A stretch of 24,000 nt of DNA, taken from contig NZ_FMIY01000002.1 in the NCBI RefSeq assembly GCF_900095855.1, positions 153,322 through 177,321 on the forward strand. Reading direction: 5' to 3'. Below are positions 16,144 through 24,000 of the stretch, piece after piece. The DNA is from Colibacter massiliensis (lineage in GTDB: Bacteria; Bacillota; Negativicutes; Veillonellales; Megasphaeraceae). The notes below the pieces were generated by a model. That model ran no database searches, was not told the origin of the DNA, and saw only the letters and a list, made by a program, of their open reading frames with translations. Position 1 is the stretch's first letter; every line of letters starts with the position of its first letter. The translations under genes and the position numbers were made by a program.

Positions 16144-16245
16144 CGATTGTTTTGCAAGCCATTCTTATTCTCTGTATAATAAAAGACAGAAAATGTATAC
16201 TTGCTTATAGGTTCAGCAACGTTTTAAGAATGGAGTGATGTACAG

Positions 16246-16674
16246 ATGAATAAGAAAGCCGAAGCTTTTCAAGCGTATCTGGAAAAAGCCGGGATAGAAG
16301 CTTTTGAAATGGAAGATATGCATGACGACGAGCTGCATACCGTTATTTTCCGGACGTTTATCGAGGCGGAAGGAGCCAAGCTGCCGATGATTTTCGTCCT
16401 TGACGATACGATATACGGAAGTATTCGCGTTCTCGTAGCACCCAAAGTGCTGAAGGAGACCAACGAGAAGGCCCTGTACCAACTGATTAACGAATACAAC
16501 CGCATGTACAAATCCTTCAAGTATTGTATTGACGAAGAAGGGGCTCTCCTCCTGGACGTGTGCTATATCAGCGACGAAGAAGTGAACGGTGAAATAGTAT
16601 CGGCTCTCTTCGATGTCATTATCCAGCACATGGAAGAAGCGTATAAAAAAATCATGCAGACCGTTTGGGACTAA
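16246..16674 (+). CDS. YbjN-like domain protein (142 aa)
   Basis: MNKKAEAFQAYLEKAGIEAFEMEDMHDDELHTVIFRTFIEAEGAKLPMIFVLDDTIYGSIRVLVAPKV.. fold-like pattern; compatible with YbjN/type III chaperone-like proteins. Confidence 0.6.
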   Translation: MNKKAEAFQAYLEKAGIEAFEMEDMHDDELHTVIFRTFIEAEGAKLPMIFVLDDTIYGSIRVLVAPKVLKETNEKALYQLINEYNRMYKSFKYCIDEEGALLLDVCYISDEEVNGEIVSALFDVIIQHMEEAYKKIMQTVWD

Positions 16675-16687
16675 GCGTTGTCCGGAG

Positions 16688-16718
16688 AGAGTTGCGAGCC
16701 TTGCCCGCAGCTCTTTTT
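16688..16718 (+). terminator. Intrinsic terminator after the YbjN-like gene
   Basis: AGAGTTGCG ... CGCAGCTCT TTTT stem (one G-U pair). Confidence 0.7.
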
Positions 16719-16816
16719 ACATGAACGAAGCCTTGTCGGAAATATGAAGCGATATTTGTTTGAAAAAAGCTCATTGTAAAGAAGCGTAATCGAGCGAGTT
16801 ATAGACATGTATAAGT

Positions 16817-16898
16817 AAAGCGCCGGAGTATTCTGTTTGTTCTCGGAGATCCTTTCGGATCAATGTTTGCGTACAGGATCTGCCGGCGCTTTGTGTTT
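16817..16898 (+). ncRNA. Compound hairpin ending in T run (structured terminator or small RNA)
   Basis: AAAGCGCCGG (16817-16826) / CCGGCGCTTT (16883-16892), inner ATTCTGT/ACAGGAT (16830-16836/16873-16879), apical GATCC-TTTC-GGATC (16848-16861), then GTGTTTTTT. Confidence 0.4.
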
Positions 16899-17059
16899 TT
16901 TGCAATCCTAATTTTTCCTGTAATCTATCTATGATGAAACAATGCCGGTTTCACACAAAATAATTTATATTGTTAGAAAAGTTAACTTAAAGAACAAAAA
17001 TCAGGATAATAAGTGTAATATATCTCACTTAATTTACGGGTAATAGGAGGAAATCCGGC

Positions 17060-20000
17060 ATGAAACACAAAGAGAAGGTTAAGCTGAAGTTAATTGTACT
17101 GGGGCTCTGCAGTCTGGTGGCGCTGGCAGGAGAAGGACGGCCCGTCTTTGCAGACTATGATCCTGTTACGAACACGGATACCTTGACAAATCAAATGGTC
17201 AGCAGCAGCCGCGGTGACACGTCAAAGGGTGATTTTCAGTCTTATGATCATCCGGACCGAAATTTGGTCATCAACTGGACGGATGATTCCCGGGGAGACG
17301 GGGCTGCCATCAGGGATGCCGATGTAAATGCCAAAAACATTACGATCAATACGGATTTTGCGGGCAATCAATGGACAGATAAGGGAATCATCAGCGAGGG
17401 TACGACACGCATTAAGGCGACCGGTGATATCAGCGTCACGTCACATGATGATGCCGTGTTTACGGAAGGAAACGGGACAGCCGCCATTGAAGGTTTTAAA
17501 AATCTGACGATCGGCTCCACTGCTGCAGGATACGGTATTGTGGATAACGGCGGCGGTGTTACCGTTAAAGGCGGTGAAGGCAGTACCGTTACTATTGCTA
17601 CTGACGGCAGCAGGCCTGCTGTAGGCAATTCTATCATGACCATTTTGGGAGGGGCAGGTGTAGGAAAGGGTGTCTCCATCAGTGCCGACAAAATCAAAAT
17701 AGCCTCTTCCGGAGATTCCATTTTTGCAGGCAAAGGAATGGCGGGGGAAACCTTTACGGTTACTCTGAATGCAAAAGAGGTGGACGTGACAGGTACTGTT
17801 GACGGGGATGGAGGAAATATTGACATTAATCCCGATACGGACGGCACGGTGAAGATCGCGGCGGTGGAAGGAGATACAGAGCCTGCCGTTCGTTTAGGGC
17901 ACTTTACCGGCACCGGCAAAATGACTGTCAACAAAGGGGCTTCCGGTGTGGTGCAGATAGACGGCGGCATAGCTCTTAGCGGTACGGGAACGTCTTTCCT
18001 TGCAAATATGACGGGAGACGGTTCGTACCTTAATACGAGGGCCGACGGTATGGGCGGCGGCGTGTTTACGAAAGATGCAATCAAAATTGAAAGCGGCGGT
18101 GAAGCCGTGTTGAATATGAGCGGCCATGATTCCTATATTCGCGGCGACGTACTGAATGAAGCCGGGAAAATTACAATTAATGCTGCGGGAAATAATTTTT
18201 CCTTGCGCCGGTCCTATTTAGATACGGAGGCCGCAGTAAAAGCCGGCAAAAAAGGAACCACCGATATTCTCATCTCCGGCGACAACGGCACGGTGGAAGG
18301 CGGTCTTGAGTCAATGCAGGGCGGCGCGATTCGGCTGGCTATGTCCGGAAAAAATGCAATCGTCAAGGGGGATATGAAGACTGTCATAAATAATACGGAT
18401 TCTTCCGGATTCCCTGAGGACAATGCCGCGATTACTGCCGACTTTTCCGGTAAAAACGCCGAAATGACGGGGAATATCGCCGCACAAACAGGTGCCAGCA
18501 CGATTGACGTCAATTTTACCGGTGCCGACGGAACACTCACGGGAGATGTAAGCTCTACGGGAACCGAAATCGGCATCAGTTCCGGTTCGAGTCCGTGGGT
18601 ATGGACCGTTTACGACAAAAATGTCGTCAACTTGAACTTGACCGGTGAGCATACGGCACATGTCGGGAATATAAAGACCGAAGGGGACAACACGCTCAAT
18701 GCGAATTATACGGGAAGAGGATCGTCCCTTACGGGAAATGTGATCAACAACGGCATCCTGAACCTTACCGTAGATAACGGGTCCGTCATGACCGGTAATA
18801 TGAGCAACGGCACGACGGTATATCACAACAGTCTCGCTTTTGACGGTAAAATGAAGGCCAGTTTTGCCGGCGGCTCCACGTGGAACGGTAATTTGACCGT
18901 AACGGCGGGAACTGCTGATATAAGGCTCACGGGCGGCAGCGTTTGGACCGGCGCGGCGACCGGGCGCGGCGATATTACCGTCGCCGATGCGTCCCGCTGG
19001 AATGTTGCGGCCGACAGTGAGGCCGGCAGCCTGAACTTAGGTTCTGCAGATGCCGTCGTATCCCTGGCCGGCGCGGCGGAAAAGCTCCGCGTGAACAATC
19101 TGAACGGCACGGGCACTTTCCTGATGGATCTGATATATCAGGATAACGCGGTGGATACGTACCGTTCGGGCTCGGGCAGCGACTACCTTATCGCCGCAGG
19201 CGGCAACGGCGGTACTCACCGGATAACGCTGACTTCCGACAGCAGCGTAAACGGCATGACGACGGACAGCAAGCTTTACTTCGCCACGACGGCTCAAGGC
19301 AGCTCCCTCTTTAACGTGAACCAATCCGTGCAGGTTCAAAACTTCAAGAAAATTTACAATAAGAACCTCATTGTCAAAAAGGAAACCGATTCGTCCGGAC
19401 CGTACGCAGGATACGATAACTGGCTGCTCACCGCAGACGGCACCAATGACAAGCCCGTCAACCCGAACGGAGAGGTACCGGGCACGGCCTATCATGCGGC
19501 TGCAGCCTTATGGCGTAGCGACGATACCCTGCTGAAGCGGCTGGGCGAACTGCGTTACAATGAGCAGAATGAAGGAATGTGGGTACGCTTTCATAACATG
19601 GGTCTTAACGAGAGCGGCCGTCATGTTTTCAGGGGTAACTATAAGATGATGCAGCTCGGCGTTGACCTTCGGAAGGAAACAAAGGACTCTGGCTACTGGT
19701 ACTACGGCGGGGCTGTAGAGCATCTTTGGGGCCATACGGACTACACCGCCGGCAGCGGCTCGGAAAAGATGACCGACTTTTCCTTCTACGGTACGAACAT
19801 CCGCAAACACGGTCATTATCTGGATTTAGTTGCCAAGGTCGGCCGCATTGATTCGGATTACACTACCGTGTACGGTGACAGCGGCCGGTTCCGCAACTGG
19901 GGTACCTCTATCAGCGCCGAATACGGCCGGAAGAAGGTCTTTGCCGGAAATTGGGCTGTTGAACCTCAGGTGCAGCTTACGTACAGCTATTTATGGGGAG

Positions 20001-20356
20001 ATGATTATACCACCCGTAACGGCGCAAAGGTCGGACAAGATAATACGGACAGCCTCGTCGGCCGCTTAGGCTTTGTTCTCAGCAAGAAAATCCATACGGG
20101 CAGCAAGGACCTGAGCCGTTTCTACGTCAAGGCCTCGATCCTTCACGATTTCCTGGGAGATACGGGAAGCCGTATTTCCGACGACATTGTCTTTACGGAT
20201 AACCATTCCCTGGGCGGTACGTGGTATGTCATCGGCCTCGGCACGAATATACACCTTGAAGATAATAAGCTGTTCTACTTTGATGCGGAACGCAGCTTCG
20301 GCGGCGATATAAAGATGAAATATCGCTTTAACACGGGCCTGCGCTTTGAATTTTAA
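17060..20356 (+). CDS. Autotransporter (type V) adhesin-like protein, 1098 aa
   Basis: Signal peptide MKHKEKVKLKLIVLGLCSLVALAGEGRPVFA; G/N/T-rich beta-helix-like passenger; C-terminal barrel EGMWVRFHNMGLNESG..NYKMMQLGVDLRKE..YYGGAVEHLWGHTDYTAGSG..LRFEF*; SD AGGAGG. Confidence 0.92.
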   Translation: MKHKEKVKLKLIVLGLCSLVALAGEGRPVFADYDPVTNTDTLTNQMVSSSRGDTSKGDFQSYDHPDRNLVINWTDDSRGDGAAIRDADVNAKNITINTDFAGNQWTDKGIISEGTTRIKATGDISVTSHDDAVFTEGNGTAAIEGFKNLTIGSTAAGYGIVDNGGGVTVKGGEGSTVTIATDGSRPAVGNSIMTILGGAGVGKGVSISADKIKIASSGDSIFAGKGMAGETFTVTLNAKEVDVTGTVDGDGGNIDINPDTDGTVKIAAVEGDTEPAVRLGHFTGTGKMTVNKGASGVVQIDGGIALSGTGTSFLANMTGDGSYLNTRADGMGGGVFTKDAIKIESGGEAVLNMSGHDSYIRGDVLNEAGKITINAAGNNFSLRRSYLDTEAAVKAGKKGTTDILISGDNGTVEGGLESMQGGAIRLAMSGKNAIVKGDMKTVINNTDSSGFPEDNAAITADFSGKNAEMTGNIAAQTGASTIDVNFTGADGTLTGDVSSTGTEIGISSGSSPWVWTVYDKNVVNLNLTGEHTAHVGNIKTEGDNTLNANYTGRGSSLTGNVINNGILNLTVDNGSVMTGNMSNGTTVYHNSLAFDGKMKASFAGGSTWNGNLTVTAGTADIRLTGGSVWTGAATGRGDITVADASRWNVAADSEAGSLNLGSADAVVSLAGAAEKLRVNNLNGTGTFLMDLIYQDNAVDTYRSGSGSDYLIAAGGNGGTHRITLTSDSSVNGMTTDSKLYFATTAQGSSLFNVNQSVQVQNFKKIYNKNLIVKKETDSSGPYAGYDNWLLTADGTNDKPVNPNGEVPGTAYHAAAALWRSDDTLLKRLGELRYNEQNEGMWVRFHNMGLNESGRHVFRGNYKMMQLGVDLRKETKDSGYWYYGGAVEHLWGHTDYTAGSGSEKMTDFSFYGTNIRKHGHYLDLVAKVGRIDSDYTTVYGDSGRFRNWGTSISAEYGRKKVFAGNWAVEPQVQLTYSYLWGDDYTTRNGAKVGQDNTDSLVGRLGFVLSKKIHTGSKDLSRFYVKASILHDFLGDTGSRISDDIVFTDNHSLGGTWYVIGLGTNIHLEDNKLFYFDAERSFGGDIKMKYRFNTGLRFEF

Positions 20357-20384
20357 GTAAGCGCTCAGGTTTTGGACTACGGAT

Positions 20385-20420
20385 CCGGTATTACTGCTAT
20401 ATGTGATACCGGGTTCTTTT
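20385..20420 (+). terminator. Terminator after the autotransporter
   Basis: CCGGTAT ... ATACCGG followed by TTCTTTTTTT. Confidence 0.8.
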
Positions 20421-20435
20421 TTTGCGGGAAAAAGC

Positions 20436-20465
20436 TTGACGTACGTGAAAACGTACCCATATAAT
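20436..20465 (+). promoter_or_regulatory. Promoter with palindromic operator for the TA operon
   Basis: TTGACG (20436-20441), 18-nt spacer, TATAAT (20460-20465); palindrome GTACGT-GAAA-ACGTAC (20441-20456) fills the spacer. Confidence 0.7.
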
Positions 20466-20498
20466 AAATATAAAAAATAATAAAGGAGGATCGGTAAC

Positions 20499-20762
20499 AT
20501 GGCTGAAGGAACGACCATAAACGCTACGACAGTGAGGAAAGAACTGTATAGATTGATTACGGAAGTAAATGGATATAATATACCTATTACGATTACTCAT
20601 ACAAAAGGGAAAAATGCCGTTTTGTTGTCGGAAGATGATTGGCGTACAATTAAGGAAACGCTGTATTTGCAGTCTGTTCCGGGCATGGTGAAAAGCATAT
20701 TGGAAGGCGATAAGGAGGCTATAGAAAATATGCAGGCATATAATCCTGATGAGGCGTGGTAA
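20499..20762 (+). CDS. yefM: Type II antitoxin, Phd/YefM family (87 aa)
   Basis: INATTVRKELYRLITEVNGYNIPITITHTKGKNAVLLSEDDWRTIKETLYLQSVPGMVKSILEGDKE; SD AAAGGAGG. Confidence 0.9.
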   Translation: MAEGTTINATTVRKELYRLITEVNGYNIPITITHTKGKNAVLLSEDDWRTIKETLYLQSVPGMVKSILEGDKEAIENMQAYNPDEAW

Positions 20763-21052
20763 TGTATTACGTTGTATTTACCAAGGCGGCTCAAAAAGAC
20801 AAACTTCATTTGAAAGCGGCCAAACTTGAAGAAAAGGCAAGGCAATTATTAAATACAATTCGAGTGAACCCCTTTCAAACGCCGCCTCCTTATGAAAAAT
20901 TAATAGGGAGCTTGTCGGGGAAGTATTTGCGGCGGATTAATGTCAAACACCGTCTTGTATATTCAATAACGGGAGTACCGTATAAAGGATCGGACAAAAC
21001 TATATATGAGGGCACTGTTATTGTTTATCGCATGTGGACCCATTATGAATAA
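20762..21052 (+). CDS. yoeB: Type II toxin, Txe/YoeB family (96 aa)
   Basis: MYYVVFTKAAQKDKLHLKAAKLEEKARQLLNTIRVNPFQTPPPYEKLIGSLSGKYLRRINVKHRLVYSI..VIVYRMWTHYE; start overlaps antitoxin stop (TAATG). Confidence 0.88.
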   Translation: MYYVVFTKAAQKDKLHLKAAKLEEKARQLLNTIRVNPFQTPPPYEKLIGSLSGKYLRRINVKHRLVYSITGVPYKGSDKTIYEGTVIVYRMWTHYE

Positions 21053-21093
21053 TAATATAAAGACAGTTGAAGATAGCGGAGGAGGAACGGGGC

Positions 21094-21933
21094 ATGACAC
21101 AAGAGGAACGCCTGGACAAGCTTATTGCGTATTTCATGAATGAAGAAGGGTATTTGCAGCACGGCCTGGAAGGGGAAGGGGAAAGTGAGGACGAAAAGAA
21201 GAATCGCCTGCGTGCTCTGATGAATGTGCGGCCGCCCCGCTTAGCCGACAAAGCCGTTTTGGCCATACAGGACGAATATTTACGGGAAGAAAACCGGAAA
21301 AAGGGCATTCTGTCGCCGGCGGATTTGCGCCCTGTTGCGGACGAGTTCGGCAGAAAAGAGGACTGGGCCCGGCAAGTTTACCTTTGGCAGGGTGATATTA
21401 CACGCCTTGCCGTAGGCGCTGTTGTCAATGCGGCCAATTCGCGTATGCTCGGCTGCTTCGTGCCGCTCCACAACTGCATTGACAATTGCATCCATTCGGC
21501 TGCGGGCGTGCAGCTGCGTGCGGAATGCGCCGAAAAAGCGGGTGAACTCTTCAGTCATAATGAATACAACTCGCCGACGGCCGTGCCCATGCTGACCAAG
21601 GGTTACAATTTACCGGCAAAGTACGTCATTCACGTAGTCGGCCCCATTGTGGGCGGTCATGTGCCGACGGAAGCGAGCCGCAAGGACTTGCAGGACTGTT
21701 ACGTGAATGTGCTCAATCTCTGCAAAAAAGAGAAGATCGGCAGTGTTGCTTTCTGCTGTATCTCAACGGGCGTCTTCGGGTATCCGTCGGAAGAAGCGGC
21801 GCACATTGCCGTACGCACCGTAACGGACTGGCTTGTCAAAGAACGGACGTCGCTGCAGGTTCTCTTCAACGTCTTTACGGATACGGACTGCCGCACGTAT
21901 ACGCATATCTTTGAAGGCAGGGCGAACCTTTAA
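21094..21933 (+). CDS. Protein-ADP-ribose hydrolase, zinc-containing macrodomain type
   Basis: LWQGDITRLAVGAVVNAANSRMLGCFVPLHNCIDNCIHSAAGVQLRAEC..YVIHVVGPIVGG..IGSVAFCCISTGVFGYP; Cys/His-rich insertion in the ADP-ribose binding region as in the Zn-dependent class; SD GGAGGAGG. Confidence 0.88.
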   Translation: MTQEERLDKLIAYFMNEEGYLQHGLEGEGESEDEKKNRLRALMNVRPPRLADKAVLAIQDEYLREENRKKGILSPADLRPVADEFGRKEDWARQVYLWQGDITRLAVGAVVNAANSRMLGCFVPLHNCIDNCIHSAAGVQLRAECAEKAGELFSHNEYNSPTAVPMLTKGYNLPAKYVIHVVGPIVGGHVPTEASRKDLQDCYVNVLNLCKKEKIGSVAFCCISTGVFGYPSEEAAHIAVRTVTDWLVKERTSLQVLFNVFTDTDCRTYTHIFEGRANL

Positions 21934-21981
21934 GTGAGGTAAAATCAGGAAAATCTGCTTACATCAGCATTTTTTCATAAG

Positions 21982-22041
21982 ATTGACAGCCATTATCACC
22001 CGTGATACTCTTGAAGAAAAATAATGCGGATGATTCGCATT
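21982..22041 (+). promoter_or_regulatory. Promoter and dyad operator upstream of the metal-binding lipoprotein
   Basis: TTGACA (21982-21987), 17-nt spacer, TACTCT (22005-22010); 19-bp dyad AATGCGGATGATTCGCATT (22023-22041) symmetric at 8 of 9 base-pair positions. Confidence 0.55.
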
Positions 22042-22060
22042 TGCTAAAGGAGAGGGTAAT

Positions 22061-22975
22061 GTGAATAAATGGATGACGGGAGCACTCGGTGCCGTATTGG
22101 CAGTAACACTGCTGGCCGGCTGCGGTACGACGGGAAAGGATCAGGCTGCGGCTAAAGAAGAAAAGAAGCTCAAGGTCGTTGCCAGCTTTGACGCTATGGC
22201 GGAATTTGCCAAGGCTGTCGGCAAGGACAAGATCGACGTAGTGACGCTCATTCCGGCCGGTACGGAGCCGCACGGATTTGAGCCGTCGACAGAGGTCATG
22301 AAGGAGCTGACAAAGGCGGATGTCTTTATTTATAACGGTCTCGGCATGGAGCCGTGGCAGGAAAAGGCGACGGCTGCAGCTAAGAACGACAAGCTTGTCA
22401 AGGTGGAAGCGGCCAAGGACGTAGACGCCATTAAAAATACGGATCCTGAAGAAGTGGAAGAGCACGGTGAATTCGATCCCCATACGTGGCTCAGCCCGGC
22501 ATGCGCGGAAAAAGAAATCAACACCATCGCCGCCGCCCTGGCCCAAGCGGATCCGGACAACAAAGACTATTATATGAATAACGCCAAAGAATACACGGCA
22601 CAGCTCAAGCAATTGCAGAGCGACTACGCGGAAAAGTTTAAAAACGTGCATCGCCGCGATTTTGTGACGGGGCATGCCGCATTTGCTTATCTCTGCCGTG
22701 ACTTTGACCTGATGCAAAAAAGCGTGGAAGATGTCTTTGCCGAAGGCGAACCGAGTCCGAAGAAATTGGCCGAATTGACGGAATATTGCAGAGAAAACAA
22801 GATTACCACCATCTTCGCAGAAGAAATGGTAAGCCCTGCCGTATCGCGCGCCTTGGCCAATGAAGTGGGCGCCAAAGTGGAAATTATCGACACGATGGAA
22901 AGCAATAAAGACGGCGCCACCTATATGGACCGGATGAAAGACAACCTGGAAAAAATTTATGCAAGCATGATGTAG
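22061..22975 (+). CDS. znuA: Zinc/manganese ABC transporter substrate-binding lipoprotein (ZnuA-like)
   Basis: GTG start; lipobox TLLAGCG; LKVVASFDAMAEFAKAVGKDKIDVVTLIPAGTEPHGFEPST..; EFDPHTWLSP; VTGHAAFAYLCRDFDL; TIFAEEMVSPAVSRALANEVGAKVEIIDTM. Confidence 0.9.
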   Translation: MNKWMTGALGAVLAVTLLAGCGTTGKDQAAAKEEKKLKVVASFDAMAEFAKAVGKDKIDVVTLIPAGTEPHGFEPSTEVMKELTKADVFIYNGLGMEPWQEKATAAAKNDKLVKVEAAKDVDAIKNTDPEEVEEHGEFDPHTWLSPACAEKEINTIAAALAQADPDNKDYYMNNAKEYTAQLKQLQSDYAEKFKNVHRRDFVTGHAAFAYLCRDFDLMQKSVEDVFAEGEPSPKKLAELTEYCRENKITTIFAEEMVSPAVSRALANEVGAKVEIIDTMESNKDGATYMDRMKDNLEKIYASMM

Positions 22976-23013
22976 TCGGAAAATCGCAACCTGATGAACA
23001 TGATCCCATCATG

Positions 23014-23072
23014 AAAGACGCCCTGAAGAGAGTGTTGATACCTCTTTGGGCGTCTTTTCGTTTTTTTTCTTT
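23014..23072 (+). terminator. Terminator after znuA
   Basis: AAAGACGCCC ... GGGCGTCTTT stem followed by TCGTTTTTTTT. Confidence 0.9.
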
Positions 23073-23179
23073 TATGATACAATAGCTGTTAGCAATTATG
23101 CTGATAACGGTAACTTTTCGGAAAGCACTTTCATGATAATTGAAATACGTGAGTATCACATTGCTGGGAGGCAAGGTAG

Positions 23180-24000
23180 TTGGAGAAACTGATTGTTCGC
23201 GGCGGTAAGCCGCTTAGCGGTACGGTTCGCGTAAGCGGCGCGAAGAATGCCGTATTGCCGATTATTGTGGCATCCATGTTGGCGCCGTCAAAGAGCACAT
23301 TGACGGAAATTCCCAAACTCGACGATGTTCATACGGTGTGCGATGTCATTCACTCCTTGGGTGTTACCATAGAAAATCCGTGTAAGGGAACCCTCGTGTT
23401 GGACGGCGGCAACCTCACTTCTTCCGTTGCGCCTTACGACCTGGTGCGCCGCATGCGCGCTTCTTTTTTAGTTATGGGGCCTTTATTGGCGCGCCTCGGC
23501 AGGGCGAAGATTTCCCTGCCCGGCGGCTGTTCCATCGGCGCCCGTCCTATTGATTTGCATTTAAAGGCCTTTGAAGCCATGGGCGCGGAAATCGATCTTA
23601 CCAACGGCGACATTGAAGCGAAGGCGCCGAACGGCTTGAAGGGCGCCCGCATCTATTTGGATTTCCCCAGTGTCGGCGCGACGGAAAACGTTCTTATGGC
23701 AGCGTCTCTGGCGGAAGGCCGCACGGTTTTGGAAAACGCGGCGGAAGAACCGGAAATCGTCGATTTGGCGACGTACTTGAACAGTATGGGCGCCAACATT
23801 CGCGGGGCCGGCACGAACACGGTACGCATTGAAGGCGTGGAAGAACTGCACGGTGCGGATCACTCCGTCATTCCCGACCGCATCGAAGCGGGGACCTTTA
23901 TGGTCGGCGCGGCTATGACGGAAGGCAACGTGTATGTGGAAAATGCACTGTCGGAGCATTTGAAACCGCTCATTGCCAAGCTCAAGGAAGCGGGTGCCAT
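23180..24000 (+). CDS. murA: UDP-N-acetylglucosamine 1-carboxyvinyltransferase, N-terminal part (3' truncated by window)
   Basis: TTG start with SD GGGAGG: [113 protein letters not shown]. Absent from the supplied ORF track. Confidence 0.96.
   Translation, partial: MEKLIVRGGKPLSGTVRVSGAKNAVLPIIVASMLAPSKSTLTEIPKLDDVHTVCDVIHSLGVTIENPCKGTLVLDGGNLTSSVAPYDLVRRMRASFLVMGPLLARLGRAKISLPGGCSIGARPIDLHLKAFEAMGAEIDLTNGDIEAKAPNGLKGARIYLDFPSVGATENVLMAASLAEGRTVLENAAEEPEIVDLATYLNSMGANIRGAGTNTVRIEGVEELHGADHSVIPDRIEAGTFMVGAAMTEGNVYVENALSEHLKPLIAKLKEAGA

Noticed and set aside
20762-21933. DarTG-type ADP-ribosylation TA system
   Set aside because: The toxin is clearly Txe/YoeB-like rather than a DarT DNA ADP-ribosyltransferase, and the macrodomain is the Zn-type protein hydrolase class, so DarTG does not fit.
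23131-23959. Minus-strand ORFs near the window end (e.g. 23561-23959)
   Set aside because: Antisense to murA, whose translation is unmistakable on the plus strand even though it is missing from the ORF track.

Overview
This 24 kb window looks like a Negativicutes-type chromosome (diderm Firmicute); that assignment is inferred from protein families only. Contents in order: (a) the 3' end of a malic enzyme. (b) A very long outer-membrane gene, TonB-dependent receptor fused to a second porin-like beta-barrel, disrupted by a G6-tract frameshift and two in-frame stops. (c) An ArnT/PMT-like glycosyltransferase and a PepSY-domain protein flanking a VanS/PhoR-like histidine kinase and OmpR-family regulator; both flanking promoters carry PhoP-box-like GTTTA direct repeats with an 11-bp period. 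(d) A roughly 1.5 kb small-gene island (about 10.19-11.65 kb) with three same-orientation copies of a ~100-bp hairpin repeat. Between the copies lie a probable type I toxin-antitoxin locus (25-aa holin-like peptide plus opposite-strand RNA), an orphan cloverleaf-like structured RNA with its own promoter and terminator, and a PBECR-like nuclease ORF frameshifted at an A8 tract. (e) An exported protein, a PRTase, a WG-repeat protein, a pentapeptide protein, a small protein coupled to a DNA/RNA non-specific nuclease, and a YbjN-like protein. (f) A 1098-aa autotransporter. (g) A YefM/YoeB-type TA pair followed by a Zn-type macrodomain hydrolase. (h) A ZnuA-like metal-binding lipoprotein with an upstream dyad operator. 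(i) The 5' part of murA, which uses a TTG start and is absent from the ORF track. The best candidates for something new are the small-gene island and the regulatory/architectural observations in (b) and (c). No rRNA, tRNA or CRISPR array was seen.
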